A DNA stretch of 64,000 nt from Cycas panzhihuaensis (taxonomy: Eukaryota; Plantae; Cycadophyta): positions 189,975,741-190,039,740 of the forward strand of contig CM041465.1 in assembly GCA_023213395.1 (NCBI GenBank), read 5' to 3'. The first letter of the stretch is position 1. Each line of letters begins with the position of its first letter. The position numbers and the translations under genes were made by a program. This document shows positions 13,663-27,400 of this stretch, in pieces. The notes beneath the pieces are model-generated. The model was given only the letters and a program-made list of their open reading frames with translations, ran no database searches and was not told the DNA's origin.

Positions 13663-14702
13663 TGATCCCAAAAGAGCTTAGTTTGGTGAAGAAATCAATT
13701 ATCAATCTTTCCTCCTTGAGATCCTGGGAGTTAGTGTAGAAAGCTCAATAACATCAAAACAACAATGAGCCCATGAAAGGAAAATTCTACACCAAATCAA
13801 TTATACTTGACATTGATCCAAAAGTATGAGGAGTAATACTTTTATTAAACCATGAAAATCTCCATTTAATGGTGGAGAAATCAACTAGAAAAAGAATGGT
13901 AAAATTACAAGGAGTAAATGTTACAATTATACCATAAGGGGGATTCCAACCCTCCAAATGCTTCTCCAAGGATGCTTCCCAAGTCAAGTCTCCAAGAACC
14001 ACCTCTCCAACTGTAGAAGGGCTCAATTTATAGAAACAAACCTGAATTGCATGTTTAACAAGTGGCAATCATGCAAGTATAACCACTAACCACCGTAATG
14101 CATGTTGTCCAAGTGGCCTTCATACAATTCTTAAAATTTGATTTGTAATAGATCTTAACGTACTCCAATTTGGCTCAAATGTGGTACACGTATAGTAAAG
14201 TATGTCCCTCATCTTCCTCAAATTTTTAGCTCATTTGGGTGTCATTTGACAATTTTTATTCATTTAGTAATAATATGTATTTGCTATTTTTGTCTGTCCA
14301 AGTGGCCTTCATATAATTCATAAAAGTTGAGGCTTGTAATCGACCTTAACGGACTCCAATTCAGCTCAAATTTTGTACACGTGATAGGAACGTATGTTCC
14401 TCCGCCTGTATAAAAATTTTGTACACGATAGGACTATGTTTCTATTCATATAATCAAAATATATATTTTCTATTTTTTCTCGCTAACTGTGGGATTAATT
14501 TTTATGCAAAGACAAGGCTTGAACTCTAATCAAATGATATTTTCTGAACCCCACCTTTTGTACACATCTATTGAGATGTGTCTTATCCCTTTAAACAAAA
14601 TTTCATAGAATTTTGATACCATTTGGCCATATCTCTTTTAGTTATGCCAATGCCTAGCATTTTCTGCATCCCTGTAAACATATGGTAGATCCTCCCGGAT
14701 CA
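13663..14702 (-). repeat. 3' LTR of F
   Basis: Near-identical to 19290-20342; internal ~190-bp duplication starting GTCCAAGTGGCCTTCAT at 14107 and 14296. Confidence 0.97.
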
Positions 14703-14741
14703 TGGCTCCCCTTCCTTGGAAAATAGCCAACTCTGCTTGGC

Positions 14742-17700
14742 TTAGAATTGGAGATGGGGGAAGTGTTGTTCTCCTTGTTGCCTACTAAACCACTTGGCCT
14801 TACTAGGCAATTGCCCTGCTACTCCAATCCGAAAGATTCATGTGTCTTGTTTTGGTAGATTTTCTCCAAGATACAATCTTCCTTGAGAGGCTCCTTACTT
14901 TCCAAATACAAATCATCAATCAAGGTAAAGTGAACTGGTCCTGTTCCTCATCTAGCATGGAGGGCTCAAAGAGTTTTAAGTATTCAGATTTACTACCGAA
15001 TATATTTGCATATAAGGTGGAAGATCAAGTTGGAAAGCATTGCCACCTACTTTTCTCAAAATCTTGAATGGTCCATACCTTATAGGTTTGAGTTTCTTAC
15101 CTTCTCCTTTTAACCTCTCCTTGCTCAAGTATAACCATACTAAATATCCTTCTTGGAAAGTACACTCTTGCCTATGCTTGTCATGTCTTTCCTTGTACTT
15201 TTGTTGAGTCCTTAGAAGTTGATCATGTACTTCTTTGTGGGCTCTCGGATCTTCTCCAAGTATCTGTAAGCCTTATCATGTTCCTCCTTCTCTTTGATGT
15301 ATCCTTCCTTAACTTGCATGGAAAACTCCAAGCCAAATGGACTTTGAGGTAAGTATCCCAAAAACTTCAAAAGGTGCTTTAGAGTGTGATGCATGCATTG
15401 CTCTATTAAAAGCAAATTGTAGAAAAGCCAATGATTCATCCCAAGTCTTTGGATGCTTGGAATTGTATGGGCTCAATAGATGTAGCAAAGTTCTGCTCAC
15501 TACTTTAGTTTGTCCATCCGCTTGAGGATGGAAACTTGTACTCCTCTTCAATTTGCTATCCATCATCTCCCATAGTCACTGCCAAAATCATGAAACCAAT
15601 CGACTGTCCCGATCTCAAATGATGGAAGAAGGCAAGCCAAAATTCTTCCATACATGCTCAAGAATAACTCGATTGCTCCTATACCGTGATTGTCTTCTTA
15701 CAAGGTATTAGACATATCATTTTACTAAACCTATCTACAACAACAAAAGATAATCATGTCCCTTCCTAGTCATGGTCCCCTAAAAATCAATGGAGATACT
15801 TTCCTAAGGCCTGGGAATAGGTAGTGGTGTATACAATCCTAATTTCCTAGAAGAAGGCTTAGAAGTATTACACATTACACATCCTTTTACATATTTTTTA
15901 CATCATTTTGCATTTTGGCTATACAACATATCTTCTCAAGTTTGCTAAAGTCTTCTCTATACCAAAGTGACCATACTTTAGAAGTATGGGCTTCTCTAAG
16001 CCACTTGATCTTGTCTCCTTTGATGGAACATAGAGTCGCTCCTTTGAAAAGTAGACCATCCTTCCAAGCAAGTCGGAAGGTCTTCCTTTCGCTAGGTTCT
16101 CTAATTCTTCCTTCAAAGATTCATCTTCATGGTACAAGTCTTTGTACTCTTCATGATGCATTGGTTCCACCTCGCAAACTCATAAGAGAACTACAAACAA
16201 AAGTAGAAGAAGAAGTGGAACAAGGTGGTCTAGATAACATATCAACAATTTTGTTATTAGATCCCTTTTATACTTAATTACAATATTGAATTGTTGTAAA
16301 TAACTCATCTACTTCATGTGTCTTGCTTTTTGAAATTAACTTTGATTTTGTAAAAATTGAAGAGGCTTATGATCGATGAACTACAACCTCTTTTCCGAGT
16401 AAGTATGACCTCCAATGCTTGCATGCTTGATGAAGTGCGAACATTTCTCGATCATATGTTGGGTAGTTCTTCACTTGAGGGGTAAAGACTTCAATGGTAT
16501 GCAATAGGCTTCCCATCTTGAATAAGGACAGCCCCATCGCATTTCCACTCGCATCGCCTTCGACTTCAAAAGGCCTTTGCAAATTTGGCATTGCCAAAAC
16601 CTAAGCTTCACAAATTTTCTTCTTTAAAAGAAGAAAGGCTTCTTCCTCCTTGGAATCCCAAGTAAACTTTCTACTAGATTTTGTCAGTCCATGTAGAGGT
16701 GTCCGCAACTGTGAGAAATGGAGAATGAACTTTCTCAAGTATTGACAAGCTCCTAAAAAACTTCTCACCTCTGTGATGTTTGTTGGCCTAGGCCATTTGA
16801 GGATGGCTTGAGTCTTGAGTGGATCAATACTCAACTTTCCTCCTCCAACCACAAAGCCTAAGAAGATCAAGTTCTCCTTGCCAAATTCACACTTCTTCAC
16901 ATTAAGCTTCAAATGATGCTTAGCCATAGTCTTTAAAACTTCTTCTATGTGCTACAAATGTTCCTCCCATGTGTTGTTGAAAATCAAAATGTCATCAAGA
17001 TAGACAACAACAAAATTATCCAAGTAAGGCCTTAATATTTCATTCATTAGCCTCATGAATGTTGCAGAGCATTACACAATCCGAAAGGCATAACCATCCA
17101 TTCAAAGAGTCCTTGCTTTGTTTTGAAGGCCGCCTTCCATGTGTCCTCCTCCTTGACCCTAACTTGGTGATAACCACTTTTAAATCCAATTTAGTGAAAT
17201 AACAAGCATCTTGAATTTGATCAAGCAAATCATCTATACGAGGCAAAGGGTAGCGATTTTTAATTGTAATTTTATTCAAAGCACGAAAATCTATACACAT
17301 TCTCCATCCTCCATCCTTCTTAGGCACCAAGACAATTGGTGACCCACAAGGTGAACATGAAGGTCTTATGACCCCTTGATCAAGCAACTCCTCAACTTGC
17401 CTCTTTATCTCATTATTTTCTATAATGGAGTGCCTATACAAAGCAACATTAGGTAATGGTGCATCTCCTACAAGAGTGATTTCATGCTCTATCTTTCTCT
17501 TTGGTGGAAGCCCATCAACATGTTGAAATAGAATATCATACCTTGTCTTTAACTCCTCAATTTGTTGCATTTGTTTAGGTGATATAAGAAGAGTGTGAGT
17601 AGAAGGACCTTCTTCATATCTTGGCTCTTCTTTTCTCCTTACCATTAAGATGACAAATTTACCACATGTATTGATCATCCTTTTGCTTGAGTAGCTGAAA

Positions 17701-19157
17701 TTAATGCTATCTTATCCAAGTGCTTCTTTGTGGCCTTTATGATGAAGCCCTTGTTATCCTTCATCAATCGATACTTTCTCTCCTTCGATAGAAGAGTGCA
17801 TCTCGATCCCACAAGTAGGGACTTCCAAGCACAACATGGCATACATCCAAAGGGCACCACATCACATATTACCTCATCAACAAAATCATTAGTGATGGAA
17901 AATTTAAGTGTACATTGCTTTGATATTTGCATTTCCACATCTTTATGGATCCAACCAAGAGGATATGGATGAGGGTGAGGAGTAGTTACCAAACCAATGC
18001 TCTTTACCAAACTTTCTGAGATCAAATTCTTTTGGGTTCCTGGATCTATAATGGCACCAATCATACTATTTCCCACTTGAAGCTTCAAGTGAAATAGTTC
18101 CTCCCTTGTAGCATCATCTTCATAATTTGTAAGTAGAGTGACCTTCTCTTCTTCTCCTTCACTTTGAATCTCCACCACAGAAAGCAGTGCTTTCCCTTTT
18201 CCTTCTTTCTTAATTCCATATCCTTGATATGCTTGGCTTTTAGTTGGATGCAACTTCCAACACTTTGTTGTAATATGACCACTAATATCACAATGCTCAC
18301 AATAGTTAGAACTTTTAACAAAATTAGTTCTTTTCTTCTTTCCTTCTTGCCTTTTTGATGAGTGCAATTTAGGATTCTTTTCATACTTATTAGAAGTAAA
18401 AGTAGAATCTTTATACATGAATGTAGATTTCTTACTTTTACTTTCTATTGCCATAGTCATCCTACTTGCTTCTCCAATGGATTGAACCTTAAAAAGCCTT
18501 AGTTCCTTCCTTATGTATTCATGTAATCCTCCAATGAATTTCATAAGAGTGATATGTTCATCCATATTAATACCAAGTAGCATGCCATGCCTAAAAAATA
18601 AAGAAGTATAGTCTTGGACACTTACACCTCTCCCTTGGCGTGAATATTGCCAAGTGACCCATTGGTCTTCCTCATGACCTATGGGGTAGAATTGCTTCTT
18701 TATTATTTTCTTAAAATCCCTCCATAAAAAAGAAGATACATCATGAGTCTTCAAAATGCATTCCACCATGTCAATGCATGTTTACACATCTTGAGCCTAG
18801 CAAATGAAAGCTTTTGAGCATTACTATAAGCATAGATTGTGAAGTAGGTTTCAAGTTGATCCAACCAATGGTCCAACTTTTCAGCATTTACCTCTCCATC
18901 ATAAGTTGGAATATCCAACTTTGCCTCAACCTTGAAGGGTTGATGAGATGAAGTACCCTTGCTTTCTTCAAAAGAGTGCTTTAAGGTCTCCTCCTCTTCC
19001 TCTTCATGGTCATGGTCATATGTGGATCCTCCTTCAAATTCTTTCTCTTTGCCTTTTCCTTTGACTAGAGGTAGAAGGTGGGACATCATTTGCATCAAGG
19101 CTTGACGTTCTTCCCAAGCCTTTCAAATCTAATTTCTCCATCTTCTTTTCCAGCCAT
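14742..19157 (-). pseudogene. Gag-pol of F (gag, PR, RT, RH, INT, chromodomain-like tail), broken mainly by frameshifts
   Basis: DIPTYDGEVNAEKLDHWL (gag), CEHCDISGHITTKC, IIDPGTQKNLIS..PHPHPYPLGW (CRM-type protease region), [24 protein letters not shown] and YLDD (RT), FEVEGDASG (RH), STSFHPQADGQT and RYGPF (integrase). Confidence 0.95.
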
Positions 19158-19272
19158 GGTGCTTGGATTCTTTCTTTGTCTTCTTGGTGATTGCAACACA
19201 AGAAAGTCTTCACATTTCTCTTTGTATCATTTCCTTGTTTGTACCATTCAAGTCCCTATAACAAAGATCGAG

Positions 19273-19284
19273 GCTCTGATACCA
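19273..19284 (-). promoter_or_regulatory. Primer-binding site (tRNA-iMet) of F
   Basis: GCTCTGATACCA, the reverse complement of TGGTATCAGAGC, 5 nt from the LTR. Confidence 0.95.
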
Positions 19285-19289
19285 AAATA

Positions 19290-20342
19290 TGATCCTAAAA
19301 GAGCTTAGTTTGGTGAAGAAATCAATTATCAATCTTTCCTCCTTGAGATCCTGGGAGTTAGTGTAGAAAGCTCAATAACATCAAAACAACAATGAGCCCA
19401 TGAAAGGAAAATTCTACACCAAATCAATTATACTTGACATTGATCCAAAAGTATGAGGAGTAATACTTTTATTAAACCATGAAAATCTCTATTTAATGGT
19501 GGAGAAATCAACTAGAAAAAGAATGGTAAAATTACAAGGAATAAATGTTACAATTATACCATAAGGGGGATTCCAACCCTCCAAATGCTTCTCCAAGGAT
19601 GCTTCCCAAGTCAAGTCTCCAAGAACCACCTCTCCAACCTGTAGAAGGGCTCAATTTATAGAAAGAAACCTGAATTGCATGTTTAACAAGTGGCAATCAT
19701 GCAAGTATAACCACTAACCACCAGAATGCATGTTGTCCAAGTGGCCTTCATACAATTCTTAAAAAGTTACAGTTTGTAATAGATCTTAACATACTCCAAT
19801 TTGGCTCAAATTTGGTACACGTATAGGAACGTATGTCCCCTCATCTTCCTCAAATTTTTAGCTCATTTGGGTGTCATTTGACTGCATTTTTATTCATTTA
19901 GTAATAATATGTATTTGTTGTTTTTCTGCTGTCCAAGTGGCCTTCATATAATTCATAAAAGTTGTGGCTTGTAACTGACCTTAACGGACTCCAATTCAGC
20001 TCAAATTTTGTACACGTATAGGAATATGTCCCCTCCGCTTCCTCAAAATTTTAGCTCATTTGGATGTCATTTGGCCATGTTTCTATTCATATAATCAAAA
20101 TATATATTTTCTATTTTTTTCTGCTAACTGTGGGATTAATTTTTATGCAAAGACAAGGCTTGAACTCTAATCAAATGATATTTTTTGAACCCCACCTTTT
20201 GTACACATCTATTGAGATGTGTCTTATCCCTTTAAACAAAATTTCATAGAATTTTGATACCATTTGGCCATATCTCTTTTAGTTATGCCAATGCCTAGCA
20301 TTTTCCGCATCCTGTAAACATATGGTAGATCCTCCTGGATCA
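19290..20342 (-). repeat. 5' LTR of F
   Basis: Direct repeat of 13663-14702; internal duplication starting at 19735 and 19931. Confidence 0.97.
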
Positions 20343-21348
20343 GTAACCAAAGAAAGTAATTTTTACCATCAAACTTAGGTAAAATTAGATTAGTGTTGGA
20401 TGTTACCATTGGTAGAGGTGTAGGACATTAAAATGGAGTACTTAAATAACAATCAATAAAGTAATAAATAAGTCTAAATAGCCATAAATCCAACCACAAC
20501 AATAAACATCCCATAAATATAGGATTAAACCCAGTTCTTCATAACTCATAACTACTTCTTCTACCTCATATTCTTGAAAATAAGACTCTAAAGTACTAAA
20601 AATCTAATAATTTTATTAATAATTATACTAAATTTTCATTAGAATTTCTTAAAGTAATAAGGCGATTTCCATTAAGAAATCAAAATATTATGATAGTTTT
20701 TTTATATAGAATTTAATAATTATTTGGTTACCTCGTAGAGTGACAAAAATAAACTTTTTGACTTCGAACTCAAATAACTTCATCAAATTGATACCAAAAC
20801 ATTATCCAATAGTTTATTATGTAGATCTCTAAGTCAAGATTTCAATACTTTAGACAAAATCAAATTATAACACCTATACAACAGGTTATAGGAAAAGAAC
20901 TAACTGTCTATTATAGAAAAATATAAAAAAAGTCAAAAAAGTGAATTTACCCATTTTCTCTTTAGCCCTAGGTCACATCAAACATATTATATGACCATTG
21001 GTTAGCCAAAAGGATGGATTTCTAATAAAGTATAAAGTATCTTAATGTAATTAAATTTTAGAAAAGTTTAATACATAAAATAAATAAATAAATAAATCTT
21101 TGAAAAAGAAAATTATAAGACTTGCATGTAGGCACAGTGATACTGTGGAGGTTAAGGAGACTTGATTAACTCACAAGATCACCAAATTAAAATACAATCA
21201 TATGTGTGTCTCTAAAATCTTAAGACTAACCTATTTGACATAGAGATTAATAGAAATGATGCTAAATGAGGTTTAAATTATTTCTTTCTCCTCACTGACT
21301 AATGTATCCCATGTAAGAAATTAATGATAAAAATAACAACATATAATG

Positions 21349-21439
21349 CATTAAATCATGGAAAACTAAATGTGAATTAGTGACCAAACTTACACTTAAT
21401 TTAGGTAACATTAAATCATGGAAAACTAAATGTGAATTA
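21349..21439. repeat. Exact 31-bp direct repeat with a 29-bp spacer
   Basis: CATTAAATCATGGAAAACTAAATGTGAATTA at 21349-21379 and 21409-21439. Confidence 0.9.
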
Positions 21440-22619
21440 AGTCACTTTGCTCTCTTCAAAACTCTTTAATAATATAGCTACTTAGTAGAACAACATGATA
21501 ACATCTTCTCTTCAACAAATAATGACAAAAATCTCCTTAAAATATCAACAACATCTTCAACAACTTAGAAATCTAGTTTTAATCATCATCTCCTTTAAAA
21601 ACATAGTAGCATAACAAGGAATTATTGGATTCATTTTAGTAATAAATATGACTCTAACAATCTATAAAACAACCTTGCATTCATTTAACCTATGCTTTCA
21701 TACCATGAAATAAGAGACAAAGAGAGCATACATACACAAATAAATAGAACAATATTTAAACTTTTTAATTGATGAGAGCATAGAACATGGACATATTTAC
21801 ATAATGTTTTGGTTTGAGATTGTTTAATGAAAATACACCAAACTCATAATCAATTCCCTAAATGTATACTAGATAACCTAGAACTTACTAATAACTAATA
21901 CTAACTTTTGAAGGTACACTTAGATGAAAACTAACATCTTAACATGCTATTGAAGATTGCATACCAACATGCTCCTTAAGCTCATAAAACCAATATGCTC
22001 TTAAGGCACATACACCAACATGTTATTTAGGTACATCATAATAAACATGGCTTTAATTATATATCCACTAACTTGCAACAACACACCTTACTCAATAATA
22101 TATAACCTCCTTCCATTGGTCATAATAGGAACCCCTTAAACAAGTTCTAATAGAAAATGTAAACATAATTTTGATAGATGGACATACTCATAGCCTCACA
22201 ATCACTTATGTATTAGACTACAACACTAATACCATATTAAAATTATATGATTTGATATTACAACAACATAATATCAAATGCATATATAAGATTATGATTC
22301 GATATAGATAAAGAAGTGTGAAACATGTACTATAACACAACACAACCTTTTATGGAAAATGATCACCTCGAAATTACATTATGAAATAACATATATTTAT
22401 AGTACATATTACTATGTGGTGGTCTAATTAAATATTAGGAACCAACTAGCCAATTAAGAACTAATTGTATAAATAAATGCGCATACTATGACCCTCAAGT
22501 ACATATAAGAGGGGTTAATAACAATATACTAGACTATAGATTAAATATTATCCAACAATAAAACTCAAATAAACTAGGCTCTAACTACCTTAAGGAGTTA
22601 GCTATTAGATTTTATATTT

Positions 22620-22900
22620 GCCAAAGTTTTGCAAGACTATGATAGCACAAAGTTGGATGTGAAAAGTGAAAGTAAAATACTAAGGAAATGAACCAAATAA
22701 GGATATATCAAATGATGAGGTAAGTTTAAAAAAATATGCGATAATAAAAAGTGTAGAAGAAATAGAACATATACATAAAATACTGACACAAATATATGGA
22801 AGAATGGGCAAACTTCATCTTATTCAAGAAACCATATACATATTTATAATATAATTCACCTTAAATAGAGAACCAAAAAAGTCAACCTATGTATACTTTA
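22620..22900 (-). repeat. LTR fragment related to the LTR of copia G, in inverted orientation
   Basis: Reverse complement aligns with about 28196-28465 (CATAGGTTGACTT...AATAAGAT.AAGTTTG..CATTCTTCCATATAT). Confidence 0.7.
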
Positions 22901-23269
22901 TACACATTATAAGTGCTACACATGTTAATATACTTATAATATAAAATTAATAAATATTTGTGACAGAGTGTGAGGGGGATTTCACATATAATTTATGTCA
23001 TTAGATATTATTATACAATATACTCATCATTTTTCATATTCCTTTTATAGAAAAAGAATGATCTTATTAAAGGACAATTCACTTATAGAGAATATTTGTA
23101 CTCTCATGACTTAATGTAAGTAAGTTATTATAATCTTTCATATGATATTAGGAATTTAAAAGGAAAGTCACCCCAAACACCATAATGTCTAAATGATCCC
23201 TCTCTATAAAAATTTCTAATAGTAAATTTGATAAAATATATAATCATATTTAGTCTAATTTATTTAGTC

Positions 23270-24451
23270 ACATATGAAATCCTCTATCCTATATTTATTT
23301 CTAAGTGTAATACTTGCCAATGAAATAAAATTGACTCCAAACCTCAATAAAGCCTCTTAAAACCCCTATATATTCCTCAAGGTAAATGGAAAAACATTAT
23401 AGTGGACTTCATCATAGGCTTACCACCCTTTATTGGGTTTAACTCTATCTTAGTAGTCATTAATAAATTAACTAACTATGATCATTTCTTGCCTATTCAC
23501 ACCTCTTATAAAATTTCTCACCTCACTAAACTATATAGTCTATTTTCCATATCCATGGCTTTCCCTTAATAATAATTTATAGTCAAGACCCTAAATTTAC
23601 TATCACATTCTATAAATAAGTATTTTGAGTCTTAAGGACTTGATTTAACATGAGTTCATCCTACCATTTATAAATCGATGGTTAATTAAAATTCCTTAAT
23701 AAAACACTAGAAATATACTAATGTTGTTTTTCTTTAGAACACTACAATAAATGGACCCCCCAATTAACCCTTATAGAATACTAATATAACTCATCTCATT
23801 ACTCAGCAACTAATAATGACCCCTTCATCTCCCTCTATAGTTATCTCCATCCATCTCACCATACCATAACAACTAACCTTTAAATGATTATGATCTAATA
23901 GAAGCTCTAACACATAGATCACATCCTTCATACCCTTAAATAAAACTTAGTAACAACCCAAAATTGTATGAAATAACCCATCGTCTACCATCATTTTGAT
24001 CACTCTTTTTCCAATGGTGACTTGGTTTTCCTTTATCTCCAAACCCATAAGTAATAATCCCTTAATAATAAAAAAAACCAAAAGCTTATCCCCTATTATT
24101 ATGACCTATTTAAGGTACAAAAATGAATTAACAAAGTTTCTTATACCCTTGAACTCCACCTAACACCAAAAGTCACAATGTTTTTCATGTCTCATATCTT
24201 AAAAAATATTTTGTTAAGACCATTATTTCCCAAACTATTCTCCTAGTACTTGATGATGTATAACTCCTCACTATCTTTCTAGAGCATATCTCAGTTAACT
24301 GATAATATTTCCTTTATAATAAGACCATCTCTAAGTATTTGGTGTAATTGATTAGTTGTGAACCTAAGGAGGTAAGATGAAAATTGACTAAATTTGTCAA
24401 GAAACATCCATGTCTTCTTAATTTTGAGGACTCAACAACTTAGGGGAGGGG
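23270..24451 (+). pseudogene. Degenerate chromovirus (Reina-like) integrase and chromodomain, followed by a PPT
   Basis: SKCNTCQ*NK, PLYIPQGKWKNIIVDFIIGLP, SILVVINKLT, NMSSSYH, HNVFHVSYLKK, KYLV*; PPT AGGGGAGGGG at about 24442-24451. Confidence 0.85.
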
Positions 24452-27400
24452 AACTACCATATAATTGTCCATTATTATTAGAATCAAACTATTAGCATGT
24501 GACCAAGGAACTTGGTGGTTAATGATAACTATTAACTTTTATGCATAGGCTACTTATTCCCACTAATGTAATTAGATGCCACTTATCCTATTAATGGTAT
24601 TCTTTTAAAGAGGCCTTTGTTATCTATTTAAGATTTTCAAAATGTATATTAAATACTACTATGTATTAAAAAACTCTTATAAGAGTATATTGTGGTATGT
24701 CTTTTGGTGATCATTTGGTTTCCTTTTATGTCCTTCTCTATAATCTATTATTTTTGGCTAATAAAGTGAATTAATTTACTACCATTATTTTCTATTATTA
24801 TTCTCTCTAAGCTTGCAAGTTTAGCATTTATAGAAGAATATTAGGATAAAATCATCCAATTCATAAAACGTTTTATCATCACATGACCATAAGGTGAATA
24901 ATCCATATAGGCTAAAGTTAAAGGTTATACATGTCCTAGAAGATCTTGCTTGAGTTATCCATTAAACTATGGAAGTTCAAGTAAGTAGGGGGAAACACTA
25001 TCTATAAGAGGATTGTAGAGGGAAATGGATTCCTCTTATAATTTATATATGAATTCCTTATAACTAAGGAAGAAATTATGTGATGTCTAACTAGTTGAGG
25101 CCCAATATTATCTTCGCAAGTAAAACTATGATGAAGAGGAAGGGATTGTATCCTTGATCTCCCTTGATATGACCAAATAACATGCTATGTAGGATTTACC
25201 CCTTTAAAAGTAGAAATACTAAATTGTTGGTAAATATGTTGAATAACTAAGGTGGGTCCCATAGATTTGTTATAATTCCAACCCCAGTTAGTTTTGTAAA
25301 CTAGGTTATAAGTCTAATCTTGATTCTACTAAGGCAAAATCAAGCTATCCATATAAGCCTAGGTACTCCAACCAAGCATGTAAGTTGAGTATCTAGTTAG
25401 ACTAGGTCTAATACAATACTATTGTATAAGAAAACTAATAGTGGGATATATTATAAGCAGTTGGTATCTAGTCTAATAGGATGGTGTTGTGATCCTAGCA
25501 AGAGTAAAGTTAGAAGTGTAGTATGACCCCATTACTATCTTTATATCTAATGTAAAGGGATTTATAATACATGTCAAATAAGCAAAAATTCTTATTAGTC
25601 AAGGCTTAATAATATACAATATGAAGGACTATAATTTGTCCCTCTAAGCTAAGGAATGGGTTATGGTTGCTTATAAAATCTCAAAATATCCCATTAGATC
25701 AACCCTTATAGTACTACTAGGAAAGTAAGGAATGTCCCTAGAAAGATCATACACAACATGTTGAGAAGTGACCTTAGTGTAAGTGACATGGTTAAGCACT
25801 ACCTTAAATAGAATCAAGTATAAGTAGGAAGGTTATCAAGTAGGCTCAAAGAACCACCTAGTTAGTGAGAAATTATATGTAAACTATTTAAAAAAGATGA
25901 CATAAGTAATATAATCCTTAATAGAAGGAATATTCTTAGTGTACTAAAAAATATACTCGTCTTCTCCAAGTAAGAAGTTGGGTGTCTAAACTTGTTAAAT
26001 AACTAGACCGATTAAGGCATATAAAGGATCCTAAGATGGGTTTAAGTAGAAAGGTGAAGTCATCTTAGGATCTACCCCAATATTATCATGAGGATAAGGC
26101 ATGCCATATGCAGCCTTAAATGAAGGGGATCATGTCCTAATAGGTGGGAGACCTTGTTATCTTCTTGAATATCTTAAGAGATGACTAGAGACATCTATGG
26201 TCAATTAAAGGTACTAAATTATTTGTGAAGTAGGATAAAAACATGAGAAAAATTAAATAGGTCAAAGAATCTTAGTTATAGGTTAGGTAGGTCTAGTAGT
26301 CCCCAACATGGTTACTAATAATAAGTCAACATTGAAAGGTCCTCTAAGAGTATCTTAAATAATCAAGAGGAACTCATAATATTCCTCATAGAAGGGAGGC
26401 ATGGATGCACACTTGGATCAACTAAAGGTACTAAAAATGATTCTTAATTAATGCTTAAGGTAAATAAATAATAAAAAATCAAACAATAAATAAGTAGTGG
26501 AGAGTAAATAAATGGTATAAGTAATGTCCTAATCATAATCTTAAATCTATAACATGTAAAGTGGTCAAATATTTGAAGTAAGTTAGAAAGTAGTTAGATC
26601 ATAATATGTGCCTAGTCTAGTAGTAAGTTATTAGGGGACTTATATTGAAAGGGCTTTTACCTAATCAAAGCTACCCACTTCTAACAACCCTCATACAAAA
26701 CTTTATAGGAAGAAAATTAGTTATCATCTTACTTAGAGATATGAGACCAACTTACTTACAAAAGTAAATTAAACCCTACCAATGATAATAGAAATAAAAT
26801 TGATGGCAATGGGTCATAACAAATCCTCATAAAGTTTCTAGTGAAAAATCCAAAATCAAACAGAAGCAATATATGAATCTAGTAAAATTTTAGTAGAATA
26901 ATAATATTCAAAAGATTTTATCCCTAAATAGTTGCAATGGTTGAACTTCTATATAGGTACAACTAATGATTTAATAAAATAATGGGTACCTATAGTTTTA
27001 GGGCTAATCATTATGCAAAAGACCATATACAAAGGCATCAAAAATCAAATAAAGTCTTATACTTTAAAGGAAAAAGAATTAAATAAATAAAGCTTTGTAT
27101 CACTATGACTATAAGCACATTGCTATGAAAGGTGTTATATTGTTATGTATCATAGTAGTGCACAATGCAACACTATAATAAAAACTTTTGGATCACAATG
27201 AAACATAGTGGTATATGATGTAGTGCTATGGAAAAAGTTCCTACACCACTATAAAATTTATTGCACTAATGTGATAAAAAATTCAGCTCAAAATCAAGTC
27301 TTATTTTAAAAGGAGTCATTTTTTTATGTTACCTCATCACTTTAGGCACTTTTACTCATTCTCTTTAGTTCCAAATAACTTAATAAGATTTCTATTAATA

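Larger units (their letters stand above)
13663..20342 (-). mobile_element. Element F: near-intact Ty3/gypsy chromovirus, CRM clade-like
   Basis: LTRs 13663-14702 and 19290-20342 with TGATCC/GGATCA termini; TSD GTAAC at 13658-13662 and 20343-20347; perfect Met PBS; PPT complement CTCCCCTTCCTT at about 14706-14717. Confidence 0.97.
7690..20409 (-). pseudogene. Element E: old Ty1/copia gag relic split into three pieces (20343-20409, 13075-13662, about 7690-7784) by elements F and D
   Basis: Removing F joins MVTSNTNLILPKFDGKNYFLW to LQCMKLIL..ELWDII.NGYTNP. A UBN2-like segment TKTKNLVNLMRLLGEEV follows. Removing D joins SLEQAFVTKANI to HGVRF. Confidence 0.75.

Noticed and set aside
14840-19308. 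Plus-strand ORFs overlapping element F
   Set aside because: Antisense shadows of gag-pol
21349-21439. Repeat-spacer-repeat with CRISPR-like dimensions (31/29 bp)
   Set aside because: Only two units, no cas genes, eukaryotic TE context; a local duplication explains it
24830-26135. Possible further gypsy integrase end with a PPT near 26120
   Set aside because: Only a short YNTCQISK-like motif and a purine tract; too decayed to call
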